IMG/VR virus record: IMGVR_UViG_3300023179_000074
Location: 14,320 to 78,319 of that record
DNA: 64,000 nucleotides
Strand: one strand, 5' to 3'
Source: a virus
Notes under the pieces: model-generated
Seen by the model: only the letters and a program-made list of their open reading frames with translations
Databases searched by the model: none
Told to the model about the DNA's origin: nothing
Made by a program: the position numbers and the translations under genes
In this document: one piece after another, positions 8,440-18,531 of the stretch
How the letters are laid out: every line of letters begins with the position of its first letter
Numbering within the stretch: the first letter of the stretch is position 1

Positions 8440-10905
8440 TTAATTGTTATATACGATGTCGCTAGCACTTAATATCAATCTAAGACCTTTAGTCAACTCA
8501 TAATTTATTAAACTATCCATTATTCCATTTGTTTTGGTCCATTCTTTAAATGAACTGTTTGTAAAGTTAATGGTGGTAAACGGTGATTCCCAGTCAATTA
8601 TATTATTAAAGTAATTATCGTTATAAACATCAACAAATTCATAAAATTTATAAAAATCACTAATTCTTGAGCCAGACAACTTTCCTGGTATAACCAAACT
8701 CCAACCCCAACTGCTATTAAACGATGAAAGAGGTATAACATCACCGTAGCTATACCCTTGTATAGTTATGCTATTAACTAACGAGTATAGCCCTGAAAAT
8801 GTCTCATACGCGACTACTGGGTAACCGGCTGTAATATATGAAGTTTTAGTAGAGAGTTCAGAACCTCTATTCTTTGCATAATTATCATTAAATTGTGTAC
8901 CTTTTTTACTAAAATCTAAATTAAATCTATTTCTATTTCCCCATAAATTAGAATGTTTTATTGATAAAATATTTACTAATCTCGTTAGTTGAGGTGGAAA
9001 GGGATAGTTGTATTGTTCGAACTGTATAGACAGTTCTTTACAAAAAGAAATTAATGCGTCAAGATTACATTTATCAATATCTGATTTATTACTCACAAAG
9101 TTTGCTATTTTTTCATATACTGTTTTACCTAATTCGTAGGGCTGTGCGGTAATACCTCCTACTATTGTACCTATAAAACTATTAAAAAGATTAAATTTAT
9201 CTTCTAAAACTTCACTGAAAATTAACGACTTATAAAACCCAGCTGCATCAAAATTTTCATTTACTTTACTAATGCTATATTGACCTGAGAGAGGTAATAT
9301 ATTAAAGAAATTGCTTTCACCGGTTATAGTTCTTACTAGTGTTGTAGGTATCATTCGCTTATTAATCCATCTTGTGCCTAACCAGTCACCGTAAGCTTGA
9401 AAGCTACGCTCAGCGAATGTGCTTAAAATATTTGTAGGTGATTCACCGGGTAGAATTAAATCAACACTATTTAAATAATTTACACTACTTACTTTAGGTG
9501 CTAAGGTATCTATAAAATATAATTTTTGATCAAAGTTATTTAAAATCCATAAGAAATCATTTGTATCACTTGCTAGTCCGCCTATACTTCCTATATAACT
9601 TGTAGAGTTAGCTGAACCTGCAATATAATTTGATGTACTACCATTTACACCATCAATTCTTGTTATAGTATCTCTATCTTGCGCAACCCATAAATTTTGA
9701 AACATATCTGTTGTTGCATTATGAATAAATTTAAATCCTGATATAGGATATCCAGAAGATAAATCCCCACGAGTATTAAATTTATAAACATAGTCATTTC
9801 TACCTGATAGGGTATATCCAGAAGCGGCTAAATTATATGCTGTTACCCATACGTTTTTATTTCTATCAATAATAATTTCTGCGGGTGAATGAAGAGGTAT
9901 AAATGGTACAACACAAAGCAACGAACCGTATGTACTATATTTTGCAATAAAACCGCAAACCGGGTGTGTATATGAAACCCATATATCATTATTAAAATCT
10001 GAATCTATACTTACGGGGTATACAAGATTTTCTCCAGCAAACCCGCTCAAAAACGGTAAGTGGTAATCTCCACTAAGAAAATAACATATATTTGTTACAT
10101 CTGGATATGCATTTGAAAGCATGTAGCCGGATTTACCATCTATTTTAATACTTGAAACAGCATCAGCTAAGCAAAACCATAAATTATTTTCTCCATCTAA
10201 AGTAATAGATGCAGGGGCAGCGCTACTTAAAATTGGATTAAGTAGGTTTACATATTCTTTAATACCAGTGTTAGGGTTTATATATGGGTAAGCAGAAAGA
10301 GTGAAAGATGAGAGAAGTACACCCTCAGCGGTAAATTTAATTAATGAATCTCTCGAACCATCAGCAAACCACGCTTGATAATCTTCTCCTATACCTGCGC
10401 CGGAGGGAGCAACTTGAATTGCATATACATTTCTATTATTATAGTTATAAACAAAATTTTTAGCGGCAGATATACTTAGAGTCACCCCACCTAAGCAGGA
10501 GCCATAAATTTGTTCTCTAAATAATCTTACTAAAACATCATACTGAGGTACTGCTGCCCATCCGATGAAGGTATCTTTAGGATAATTAATCGGGTCCTTA
10601 ACTGTCATTCTAGCAGTTAATTGCAAGTTGTAAGTAGGTTCATTAACTATAAAATAACCTTTAAAAAACGCACCGATACTTCTAGGTATTTCATCGTTAA
10701 AATCATCAAAAAATTGTACCCCGGTGACCGGATAAAAATTACTACCTTCTTTTCTTTGTAGACCAAAGTTTACATTAAAAGATGTTAGTCCAGATAAAGA
10801 AGAATCCGTAACAGATGAATAGATTGGAGGGTAGGTTTTTGTTGTAAAATTATCCGCATCTTTCATTTTAATAAGAAAAGGAATTTCAGTATTTTGCCAA
10901 CTCAA
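8440..10905 (-). CDS. C-terminal part of a baseplate-associated protein with NHL/beta-propeller repeats; probably joined to 10902-11900 by a frameshift
   Basis: Repeats such as ITLDGENNLW, SIDSDFNNDIW, IIDRNKNVW; weak TTG start with no promoter; frame stays open upstream to 10947. Confidence 0.55.
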   Translation of the reverse strand: MSWQNTEIPFLIKMKDADNFTTKTYPPIYSSVTDSSLSGLTSFNVNFGLQRKEGSNFYPVTGVQFFDDFNDEIPRSIGAFFKGYFIVNEPTYNLQLTARMTVKDPINYPKDTFIGWAAVPQYDVLVRLFREQIYGSCLGGVTLSISAAKNFVYNYNNRNVYAIQVAPSGAGIGEDYQAWFADGSRDSLIKFTAEGVLLSSFTLSAYPYINPNTGIKEYVNLLNPILSSAAPASITLDGENNLWFCLADAVSSIKIDGKSGYMLSNAYPDVTNICYFLSGDYHLPFLSGFAGENLVYPVSIDSDFNNDIWVSYTHPVCGFIAKYSTYGSLLCVVPFIPLHSPAEIIIDRNKNVWVTAYNLAASGYTLSGRNDYVYKFNTRGDLSSGYPISGFKFIHNATTDMFQNLWVAQDRDTITRIDGVNGSTSNYIAGSANSTSYIGSIGGLASDTNDFLWILNNFDQKLYFIDTLAPKVSSVNYLNSVDLILPGESPTNILSTFAERSFQAYGDWLGTRWINKRMIPTTLVRTITGESNFFNILPLSGQYSISKVNENFDAAGFYKSLIFSEVLEDKFNLFNSFIGTIVGGITAQPYELGKTVYEKIANFVSNKSDIDKCNLDALISFCKELSIQFEQYNYPFPPQLTRLVNILSIKHSNLWGNRNRFNLDFSKKGTQFNDNYAKNRGSELSTKTSYITAGYPVVAYETFSGLYSLVNSITIQGYSYGDVIPLSSFNSSWGWSLVIPGKLSGSRISDFYKFYEFVDVYNDNYFNNIIDWESPFTTINFTNSSFKEWTKTNGIMDSLINYELTKGLRLILSASDIVYNN

Positions 10906-11900
10906 TTCGGGAAAATAAAATTTTGTAGTGGATAGTACTCCTTCACATCAATACCTGTAGTGGTGATATTAAGTTTTTCAGCGGGGTTGTGTCTAACTTT
11001 AATAATAGGCAGTACAGCTGGCTTAATATTATTATACCCATAAGGTGGGTAAGATATATCTCTGTATGAATCGCTGTTTATAGTATATCTATCGGGAAAT
11101 TTTGAATTATCTAAAGTTGCAAATATAAAAATAGGTGGTTCTCGTGAAGTATAGTTTTTAGTTACATCGTCAACATAAAAAAATTCGTATGAAGCGGTTG
11201 TACCTACAAAAAAACTACCAATATCATTTTTATTACAAATTCTAAAAGACTTATTATCTATTTTAGCAAAAATAGGTTCACCGGCTTTAGTTATCCTATC
11301 AACTGATTGATACTCAAACGAGTCGCCAACAGGAGTTTTTATATAAAACCGACTTAATGCTCTTAAATGAGACCATTTATCATCATAAAAATTATCTATA
11401 TTTTGAAATTGCCCTAGAGCTCCGGATGCATAGAGATGGACAGTGTATCCCGTACTACTCAATGCATTGTAAGACTGCCAGCTTGTTTGTCTTAATAATT
11501 CTATAGGCTCAATAATCTTACTAGCTGGAACATCGTAAATAAAACGTCTAAAATCTTTAAAAACTAATTGATCTCTTATAAAATCATAAACCTTTATGGT
11601 AGGTTGATATGAACTATCGTAAGCATTACCGAATTTATCATATACTGTGAGTCTTACTTTGTAGTCACCGGGCCACTTATAATAATGAGTTGCAGTTAGA
11701 AGACTTGAAAAAGTACCATCACCAAAATCCCATCTTAACAATTTATTAGAAATAGAGTCATCAGAAGAGAGAACTGGAGAGGTAAGAAAATCGGGAACAA
11801 AAGTTAGTGAAGTTTGTGGAAGTGTGAAGGCAGAAAGTACAGCTCTACCTGTAAAGTCATTAGCTCTAAAATATACATAAGTATAATTTACAGAAGCCAT
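10902..11900 (-). CDS. PKD-domain structural protein, N-terminal part of the split gene
   Basis: WDFGDG...HYYKWPGDYKVRLTV PKD signature; AAGGAG 5 nt upstream of the ATG. Confidence 0.7.
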   Translation of the reverse strand: MASVNYTYVYFRANDFTGRAVLSAFTLPQTSLTFVPDFLTSPVLSSDDSISNKLLRWDFGDGTFSSLLTATHYYKWPGDYKVRLTVYDKFGNAYDSSYQPTIKVYDFIRDQLVFKDFRRFIYDVPASKIIEPIELLRQTSWQSYNALSSTGYTVHLYASGALGQFQNIDNFYDDKWSHLRALSRFYIKTPVGDSFEYQSVDRITKAGEPIFAKIDNKSFRICNKNDIGSFFVGTTASYEFFYVDDVTKNYTSREPPIFIFATLDNSKFPDRYTINSDSYRDISYPPYGYNNIKPAVLPIIKVRHNPAEKLNITTTGIDVKEYYPLQNFIFPN

Positions 11901-13759
11901 TAATACTCCTTAGTTAGTGATGTTATAGAAGGCGTAATTATTCTTATCTTATTTGCAAAATCAAGAGAATTATTAAGAAATGGGTATTTAAAGTAAGGCA
12001 GTTGATAATCTTGTGTTGTTACAGTTATATCTTTTTCGGGATATACGGGATTATAAACTACTAAACAAACTCCTGGGATTGTAATTGTTGTATCACCTTC
12101 AATTCTTTTAGTATTAATATCAATAATTCCGGATTCAGGAATTGCTAAAATTTGATTGGTAATTTCGGTAATATTTATTACAGATCCTAAATTGTCTCTT
12201 AGAGTAGAAAAATAATTTCTAAAAATTTTCGTAATTTGATCTTTTAATGCTTCTGGGTTTCTTTTAGAAGTAATGTCACGTGAGATTTCTAGAAAACTGT
12301 TGTCTGAAATACTGGGTGATAAAGGCTCTCCAGGAAAATTAGTACCTATATCTACAGCTACATAGACGGGATCATTAACTATAATTTCAGAAGTGGTTAC
12401 TTTTACTTTTTGCAAGTCATTTAATATAAGTTGTTTTTGCGCGGAGTTTAAATAGCTACCTCTGGTTGTGAGTGATGTGAGTTTTTCGAGCTTAGGTACA
12501 GCATACAAATATATATTATTAAAATTACAAGAGTCAGCAAATTTTACTTGATTAAAAAGAACTCTACTTTCGAGATTAGGCCTAGAAACACCCAAATCAA
12601 AGTAATATTTTAAATGACCTGAAATATAATCCCAATTATTTACCGCTTTAACAGACGAAATAATATTACTGTAGTTTTTACTTACATAATTTATAAAATC
12701 TTCAGCGGTTATAAGCCTATATTGACTTCTAAATGTATTGGATGCATTGTTTTTTATGTTCGATACGGATTCTCTAGGTATATAAGTTGTACTCGCATCT
12801 ATATTACTAAACTCTATATTATTAACTTGCTGTGTAGTAATAATATTAAGATTTTCTGGTGTTGTATCGGTTCGAATGGTATTAAATCTTGTTGTGTTAT
12901 AGAAAAACATTTTATTATTGTTTAGTAACCCGGGACCTACTTCACCGATAACACCATTGGTCTTTAAATAATATATTGCAACTTCATCACCGGGATTTAA
13001 CTGCTTTCCAGTTACGTTATTACCAAATCTTATTTCATATCTCTCATTTTCGTTTAATCTAATTTCATAAACTTCAGAGTTACTTCTTTCTAAAAATAAA
13101 GACTGGACAGGCGACCATTTAGACCACTTAGGACTATCAACCGTATTATCTTTTACGTAAACATCTATATTAAAATGATCAATAGGTACGTTTTGGCCTG
13201 TAGCGTCAACCACAGTAAGGGTTAATGTTTCGAAAGGCTCACCTACTCCAACATAAATAGGATATTCTGAATATATACCTTGATATAATAGATTATTATC
13301 TTGAAGATCGGTTAAAATTTCAGTATCACTAGAATTTTTTATAAACGTAACGTCTTTATTAAAGCTATAATTTGTACCGTTTATAGAAAAATATGAATAT
13401 CTCGGAATCGTATATGTGTTAGGTGGTAGAGAAGCATTAGCTTGTGCTAAAAAAGAAAGTATAGCAGTTTGATTGCCTACGGGATTATAATTTAAAATTT
13501 TTACTATTTTGTTTACGTTTTCAAATAATTCAGCAGTAGTAAAGGTGCTTTCAGAACCAGTTCTATTAAGATAAAATAAGAGAACATGATATGCATAAGC
13601 AATAATATCTATTAAGGAAGAAAGATTACTACCTTCAAAGTTTTGATCAGTAAAAAAATTATTAGAGTTTAATCGAGTAATTATTAGACTCTTTAAGCTT
13701 TGTGCATCAAACGCAACATAGCTATCTTTCTCTAAAGTAAAATCGTTAAATTCAGCCAT
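11900..13759 (-). CDS. Baseplate wedge subunit, T4 gp6-like
   Basis: FTDQNFEGSNLSSLIDIIAY, YEIRFGNNVTGK and QYRLITAEDF motifs; adjacent to gp25. Confidence 0.85.
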   Translation of the reverse strand: MAEFNDFTLEKDSYVAFDAQSLKSLIITRLNSNNFFTDQNFEGSNLSSLIDIIAYAYHVLLFYLNRTGSESTFTTAELFENVNKIVKILNYNPVGNQTAILSFLAQANASLPPNTYTIPRYSYFSINGTNYSFNKDVTFIKNSSDTEILTDLQDNNLLYQGIYSEYPIYVGVGEPFETLTLTVVDATGQNVPIDHFNIDVYVKDNTVDSPKWSKWSPVQSLFLERSNSEVYEIRLNENERYEIRFGNNVTGKQLNPGDEVAIYYLKTNGVIGEVGPGLLNNNKMFFYNTTRFNTIRTDTTPENLNIITTQQVNNIEFSNIDASTTYIPRESVSNIKNNASNTFRSQYRLITAEDFINYVSKNYSNIISSVKAVNNWDYISGHLKYYFDLGVSRPNLESRVLFNQVKFADSCNFNNIYLYAVPKLEKLTSLTTRGSYLNSAQKQLILNDLQKVKVTTSEIIVNDPVYVAVDIGTNFPGEPLSPSISDNSFLEISRDITSKRNPEALKDQITKIFRNYFSTLRDNLGSVINITEITNQILAIPESGIIDINTKRIEGDTTITIPGVCLVVYNPVYPEKDITVTTQDYQLPYFKYPFLNNSLDFANKIRIITPSITSLTKEY

Positions 13760-13760
13760 A

Positions 13761-14246
13761 TTATTTATTTACAAAATTAAACCCAGAATTACTTAATATT
13801 CCGGATATACTAAAGCTAGAGTCAGTGCGTATAGAAGGAACGGAGATAATAAGAGTAATTAAGTACTGTGAGTTTGCCTCGTCTACAACAACATTTATAT
13901 TTTGCAATACTACTCTTGGTTCAAAAGTACTTATCCCCTCTAAAATTTTAGTTCCAATTTGGTTTGCAGTAATTTCATTTAATGGTTGAAACAAATATTG
14001 TACTAAATTAAGGCCAAATAAAGGGTTTAAAATTTTTTGCCCAGGTAATGTGTTGAAAAGATTAAAAATAGAGTTTTTAACTGCACCGTAATCGTAATTA
14101 ATAATTAAATCTCTTACTTCTTTTCTTTTTTGAAACTCATTATTTCTTGTATAATCGAATTCAATATCAAGCTTTAAATCTGTGTAAGTAAACGAGCTAT
14201 TACTCTTTATAGGTTGCTTAATAGAGTTAACTTTTATTGTAGCCAC
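13761..14246 (-). CDS. Baseplate wedge subunit, T4 gp25-like
   Basis: AVKNSIFNLFNTLPGQKILNPLFG...FEPRV; start refined to GTG 14246, 5 nt after TAAATA. Confidence 0.85.
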   Translation of the reverse strand: MATIKVNSIKQPIKSNSSFTYTDLKLDIEFDYTRNNEFQKRKEVRDLIINYDYGAVKNSIFNLFNTLPGQKILNPLFGLNLVQYLFQPLNEITANQIGTKILEGISTFEPRVVLQNINVVVDEANSQYLITLIISVPSIRTDSSFSISGILSNSGFNFVNK

Positions 14247-14316
14247 AATAGTATTTATCTGCATTTAATTGGTTTAAAAACAGTTTTATACTATATCAAA
14301 ACAATAAATAATTTAA

Positions 14317-14925
14317 ATGAGTAAGAAATTTGTCAAGATATACGAATCTCACATGCAACGGTATACAGGACAGGGTTTTTTAGCTGGAGACGTTGTAGTT
14401 TTTAAGAAAGATGCACTTAAGGATACGTGGTTCCAGTCATTAGGTTCTAATACACAGGAGAAAATAAAAAGTATGATTTCTAGCGGACTAAATTTAAGGA
14501 TATCAGCAATTAAAAATATTTACCCCAATGTAAAGGGTGCAGGTAATACGGATTATACGGGTAGTGATGTTAATGTAGATATTACTTCTGAAATAGCCCC
14601 GGGCAGATATATGGATTTTGTAACTGTACCGGGCAGAATGCTAGAGCCTGTAAGTTCATACCCTAATTTACCTGATGTACCTGAAAAGTTCAAAGCAGAT
14701 GATCCTTCAAAGAGAGTAAATATTAAACCAAAGAAAGTAAAGGACGAGCAACAAGAAGTTCCATTTTATTCGCCAATGAATACCCGTTTATCTGATTTAG
14801 GTAATAAAAAGCTATCTACGGGTGATAGGGTTTTAAATAATACTAATGTAAGGATACCTTCTAAGCCTGCAGAAGGTGCATCTGATCCCGCGTCATACAC
14901 AGCTAACTACCTGCCTAAAAGCTAA
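14317..14925 (+). CDS. Late hypothetical protein, possibly an internal head protein
   Basis: TAAATA-N6-ATG; N-terminus MSKKFVKIYES. Confidence 0.5.
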   Translation: MSKKFVKIYESHMQRYTGQGFLAGDVVVFKKDALKDTWFQSLGSNTQEKIKSMISSGLNLRISAIKNIYPNVKGAGNTDYTGSDVNVDITSEIAPGRYMDFVTVPGRMLEPVSSYPNLPDVPEKFKADDPSKRVNIKPKKVKDEQQEVPFYSPMNTRLSDLGNKKLSTGDRVLNNTNVRIPSKPAEGASDPASYTANYLPKS

Positions 14926-15851
14926 AATACATCAGACAGGCTTATTAGGCAAGAATAGCAATTAATTTCCTGATCAGCAACAAAAGAACTTCTATAAATA
15001 TGCTCAGCAACTACTAAGAGACATTTCTTTTTTTGAATATTATCAATGTTAAGAGTATCGATGTAATTAAACAAATCTCTTAAAAGAGTAAGATAGTCAG
15101 AATTAAAGGAATTCTCATTTTCAATAAGAGCTCTTCTAATAGATGTAATGTTTTTCTTTGCTATTTCGTTAAAAATAAGCTCGCAAACATCGTTCTTGTT
15201 ACTTTCAGGGAGTAATAATGAGCCAGAGCTTGAAAATTTTTGTAGTTCATTAATAATCTTTCTTAAGTCTGGATAAAGCCTCTTAATAAATGATAAGAGC
15301 TTTGCTTTTTCACCTTCATTTACTGAGATTTTTTCATTTTTAAGAATAAATGCACATCTCTTTAAGACACCATCAAACGGGGGTGTAAGATCTAATGCTT
15401 GACAACGACTTTGTAGCGGTAAAATAACCTTGTATGAATAATTAGCTGTAAGAATAAAGCGGGTAATATGAGCGAATTCCTCCATTGTATTTCTGAGTGC
15501 GCGTTGAGCATCAATAGACAAGCCGTCTGTCTCATCTAAAATAATTACTTTAATTTTACCATCAATACTCCTAGTTTGCGCAAAGCTAGTAACTTTACTT
15601 CTGATAGTGTCAATACCGTTTTCATCGCTTGCATTAATATAAAGATATTGACAATCTAAAATACTGTTAACAATAATTTTAGCTAATGATGTTTTACCGA
15701 GCCCGGGGGTACCTGTAAATAAAAGGTTAGGTATTTCTTTAGTGGTTTTATAGGTTTCTATTATTTTTTTGTTAGATTCTGTAACAATAAAACTAGATAT
15801 ATCTTTTGGACGGTATTTCTCTACCCACAGACTGTTAAAGTCGGTATTCAT
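14922..15851 (-). CDS. Clamp loader ATPase subunit (T4 gp44 / RFC small subunit-like)
   Basis: LWVEKYRP, GTPGLGKT, ILDETD, LQSRC. Confidence 0.92.
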   Translation of the reverse strand: MNTDFNSLWVEKYRPKDISSFIVTESNKKIIETYKTTKEIPNLLFTGTPGLGKTSLAKIIVNSILDCQYLYINASDENGIDTIRSKVTSFAQTRSIDGKIKVIILDETDGLSIDAQRALRNTMEEFAHITRFILTANYSYKVILPLQSRCQALDLTPPFDGVLKRCAFILKNEKISVNEGEKAKLLSFIKRLYPDLRKIINELQKFSSSGSLLLPESNKNDVCELIFNEIAKKNITSIRRALIENENSFNSDYLTLLRDLFNYIDTLNIDNIQKKKCLLVVAEHIYRSSFVADQEINCYSCLISLSDVF

Positions 15852-16330
15852 TACTTCCCGGAAGACCCGAATCCCTTTTCTCCGCGTAATGATGCTTGTG
15901 GCTCACCCCATTCTACAGGCATTGATATATTAAAATACAGTACAAATTGTGCTATTCTATCACCCGCGGCGACTTTATAATCGGTATCAGAAAAATTATA
16001 AAGCTTAATACCTGCGTCACCTCTATATCCGCAATCAATAATACCAGGGTGGGCAAAGATACTATGCTTAAATCCGAGGCCGCTACGAGATTCCACCTTA
16101 ATCCAATAACCTTCTGGAATATCAGCAAATTTTAATCCAACACCCACGATTGCATAATTTTTTGCAGGAATAATCTTATCTTCAACAGAAAAAACGTCAT
16201 ACCCCGTGTCTGATTCATGGTTTTTTACTGGTAATTTTGCAAGTTCGTGCGTCTTTTCAAATTTTAAGACAGGTAAAAATCTAAGATTTGGATCGGTATC
16301 AGCGTTATTTACAGATTTTATAGAATACAT
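15851..16330 (-). CDS. dut: Trimeric dUTPase
   Basis: GYD, RSGLG, GIIDCGYRG, RIAQ and RGEKGFGSSG motifs; start refined to ATG 16330, 6 nt after TATAAT. Confidence 0.95.
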   Translation of the reverse strand: MYSIKSVNNADTDPNLRFLPVLKFEKTHELAKLPVKNHESDTGYDVFSVEDKIIPAKNYAIVGVGLKFADIPEGYWIKVESRSGLGFKHSIFAHPGIIDCGYRGDAGIKLYNFSDTDYKVAAGDRIAQFVLYFNISMPVEWGEPQASLRGEKGFGSSGK

Positions 16331-16378
16331 ATCTGTATTATATAATAGATTCGATAAAATCAATGTATAAATATCATT

Positions 16379-16861
16379 ATGAGTGAAGAATTAAATGAAA
16401 TGGTCGGAGATTTGTTGTCTCAATTAAATGATGCTAATAAAAAAGCCGAAAAAATTCAAAAAGAAACAGATTTATTAAGCAAAGAAAACATGGAAAAATT
16501 TGTAATTGAGAATGCAGGTAAGCTCATTAAAGAAAGTCTTGAAGTTGTTACTAACGTTAAGGATTACATTTCTTCTGCACCAGAAAGTAAAGATGTGAGT
16601 AGTTTAGCTGATTTAATTGCTGCAACTTCCACAGCAATTGAAACGCTAAATAAAATTATTGTATCTGATAAAAAGAACGAAACTATCATAAAAGCAAAAG
16701 ACATGGATTTAAAGAGTAGAAAGGAACTAAAAGAAAGTGACAATACTACAAAACTACTAGCAACAAGAGAACAGGTGTTTAAGATGCTTATCGATAGTGC
16801 TAATAAAAGTGCAAAAATTATTGATGCTGAAATAATAGAAGATAAAAAATTAGAAAATTAA
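16379..16861 (+). CDS. Possible terminase small subunit (T4 gp16-like)
   Basis: 160-aa coiled coil, perfect TATAAATA promoter, helical pattern and C-terminal ATREQVFKML reminiscent of gp16. Confidence 0.4.
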   Translation: MSEELNEMVGDLLSQLNDANKKAEKIQKETDLLSKENMEKFVIENAGKLIKESLEVVTNVKDYISSAPESKDVSSLADLIAATSTAIETLNKIIVSDKKNETIIKAKDMDLKSRKELKESDNTTKLLATREQVFKMLIDSANKSAKIIDAEIIEDKKLEN

Positions 16862-18531
16862 CATTCAAACAACTTTTTGTAGATATTTTTAAATATACTC
16901 TTAAAGTCGGGCACAAGATTTTTCATAAATTTAACAAAATCATCCTTCTTAGGGAATTTAGGAATCATACTCTTTAATTTAGCAAGTATTGTTTTTGGAT
17001 TAAATTCCATATTAATAAAGTCAGAGAAGTCTATTTTACCTATTATAGGTAATTTAAAATTACATATAATATTTTTTATACTTTCTATTGAACTTAGTAC
17101 ACTCATAGGATCTAGGTTTTTTAAATTAGTAGAAGTTATAAGCGATGCAATTTCCGGAAAACTACCTAAATCATCAATAGGTAGAATATTAGGAATACCT
17201 TTTGTACCAGTAAAGCTAATACTATCAGAAAGTATACTAAACGGATTAGTCGCTAAAGATGTAAATCCGGCAATTGAATCGGTAATAGGAGATAAAATAA
17301 AATTAGATATTGAATTTAAATTACCGGTGGGGTCTAAACTCCCTAATCCAAAAGTATTTAAAGTATTGCTGATTTGAGAATTATTTAATGCTGAGGAAAA
17401 CCCGGGTATATTATCTGGTCCTATTTTATTAAAAATTTCATTAACTTTACTTAACGTATTATTAGGAATTTGCATTAGATTAGAATTATTATTTAAAAAA
17501 GAATTATTATTAATGGATATAGGAACAGGTATTTTAAATTCTTGAACTCCTCCTAAATATCTTTCATTAATTGTATTAGTATTGTAAATCACATTTCCAG
17601 AATTTAATCTTTCTACACTAATAGAGTTTTTTATAGATTTAAAGGACATTGAATTTATAAGCTTTTTTTGTAATAAATCTACTCGTTGCATAGTGCCTTC
17701 TATGTCTATTTCAAAAAATAAATTAGTAATAAACTGTAAATTTAAATAGCTTCTAGGATTATAACCTATTTTATCATTAATATTGCTAAAATAACATACA
17801 AATTCATAATAATCATTAGAGAAGCTATTTTTTAAATTGTTTATTATAGATTGTAATTGGGTAAAAAAATCTTCGTAAAACTTTATATCGGTTATTAAAT
17901 TATTCGAATGTGATTGTGTAGGGTCTGCAGCAACCTGTTGTAACTGTTTATCCAATTTTGTAGTTTGTGAAATTAAATTCTTCAAGTTATTTCTCATTAA
18001 ACTAGTATTTTTTTTCTGAAGTTCAAAAGAAAGCTCTAAAGTATTATTGCTAATTTTATTGTTTAGTTGAACTGCATGGGGAAAAGGTATGCCGAACTTA
18101 TCTAAATTAAAATCCCAAATAGGACCGGTGTTATCGCTCATTTTGTTCATCATATTTGCCATAATACCAATACTGTCGCTTATTTCGCTAAAATAAGAAT
18201 TTTTATTTTTATTAATTTTATTTTTTATTACATCCGGTAAGGTGTGATATTTTTTTACCCAATAGTAAACATAGTCTAAATTTAAGTTTTTAAACTGTTT
18301 TTTGTCTAGATCGTTAAAAAACTTAGAAATATTATTTACCGGATCACCAGATTTTAAATTATTTCTATAATCAATGCTAATTTGAGCTTCTTCAGTTAAA
18401 TCCTCATTGGAACCTGCAGAGCTCATTCCAATACTTTTTAGAAATGTTGTATAATTTTGTAGAAACTCTAGCGAATTAGTTATATTGGCATCTACCAATT
18501 CTGGATATAATGTTTTTGTGGGTGTTCTCAT
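16858..18531 (-). CDS. Hypothetical protein in the baseplate module
   Basis: 557-aa ORF with ATGA overlap to the hub gene. Confidence 0.45.
   Translation of the reverse strand: MRTPTKTLYPELVDANITNSLEFLQNYTTFLKSIGMSSAGSNEDLTEEAQISIDYRNNLKSGDPVNNISKFFNDLDKKQFKNLNLDYVYYWVKKYHTLPDVIKNKINKNKNSYFSEISDSIGIMANMMNKMSDNTGPIWDFNLDKFGIPFPHAVQLNNKISNNTLELSFELQKKNTSLMRNNLKNLISQTTKLDKQLQQVAADPTQSHSNNLITDIKFYEDFFTQLQSIINNLKNSFSNDYYEFVCYFSNINDKIGYNPRSYLNLQFITNLFFEIDIEGTMQRVDLLQKKLINSMSFKSIKNSISVERLNSGNVIYNTNTINERYLGGVQEFKIPVPISINNNSFLNNNSNLMQIPNNTLSKVNEIFNKIGPDNIPGFSSALNNSQISNTLNTFGLGSLDPTGNLNSISNFILSPITDSIAGFTSLATNPFSILSDSISFTGTKGIPNILPIDDLGSFPEIASLITSTNLKNLDPMSVLSSIESIKNIICNFKLPIIGKIDFSDFINMEFNPKTILAKLKSMIPKFPKKDDFVKFMKNLVPDFKSIFKNIYKKLFEC

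Noticed and set aside
10938-10944. GAAGGAG as the Shine-Dalgarno for the TTG at 10905
   Set aside because: More than 30 nt from the putative start, too far to function
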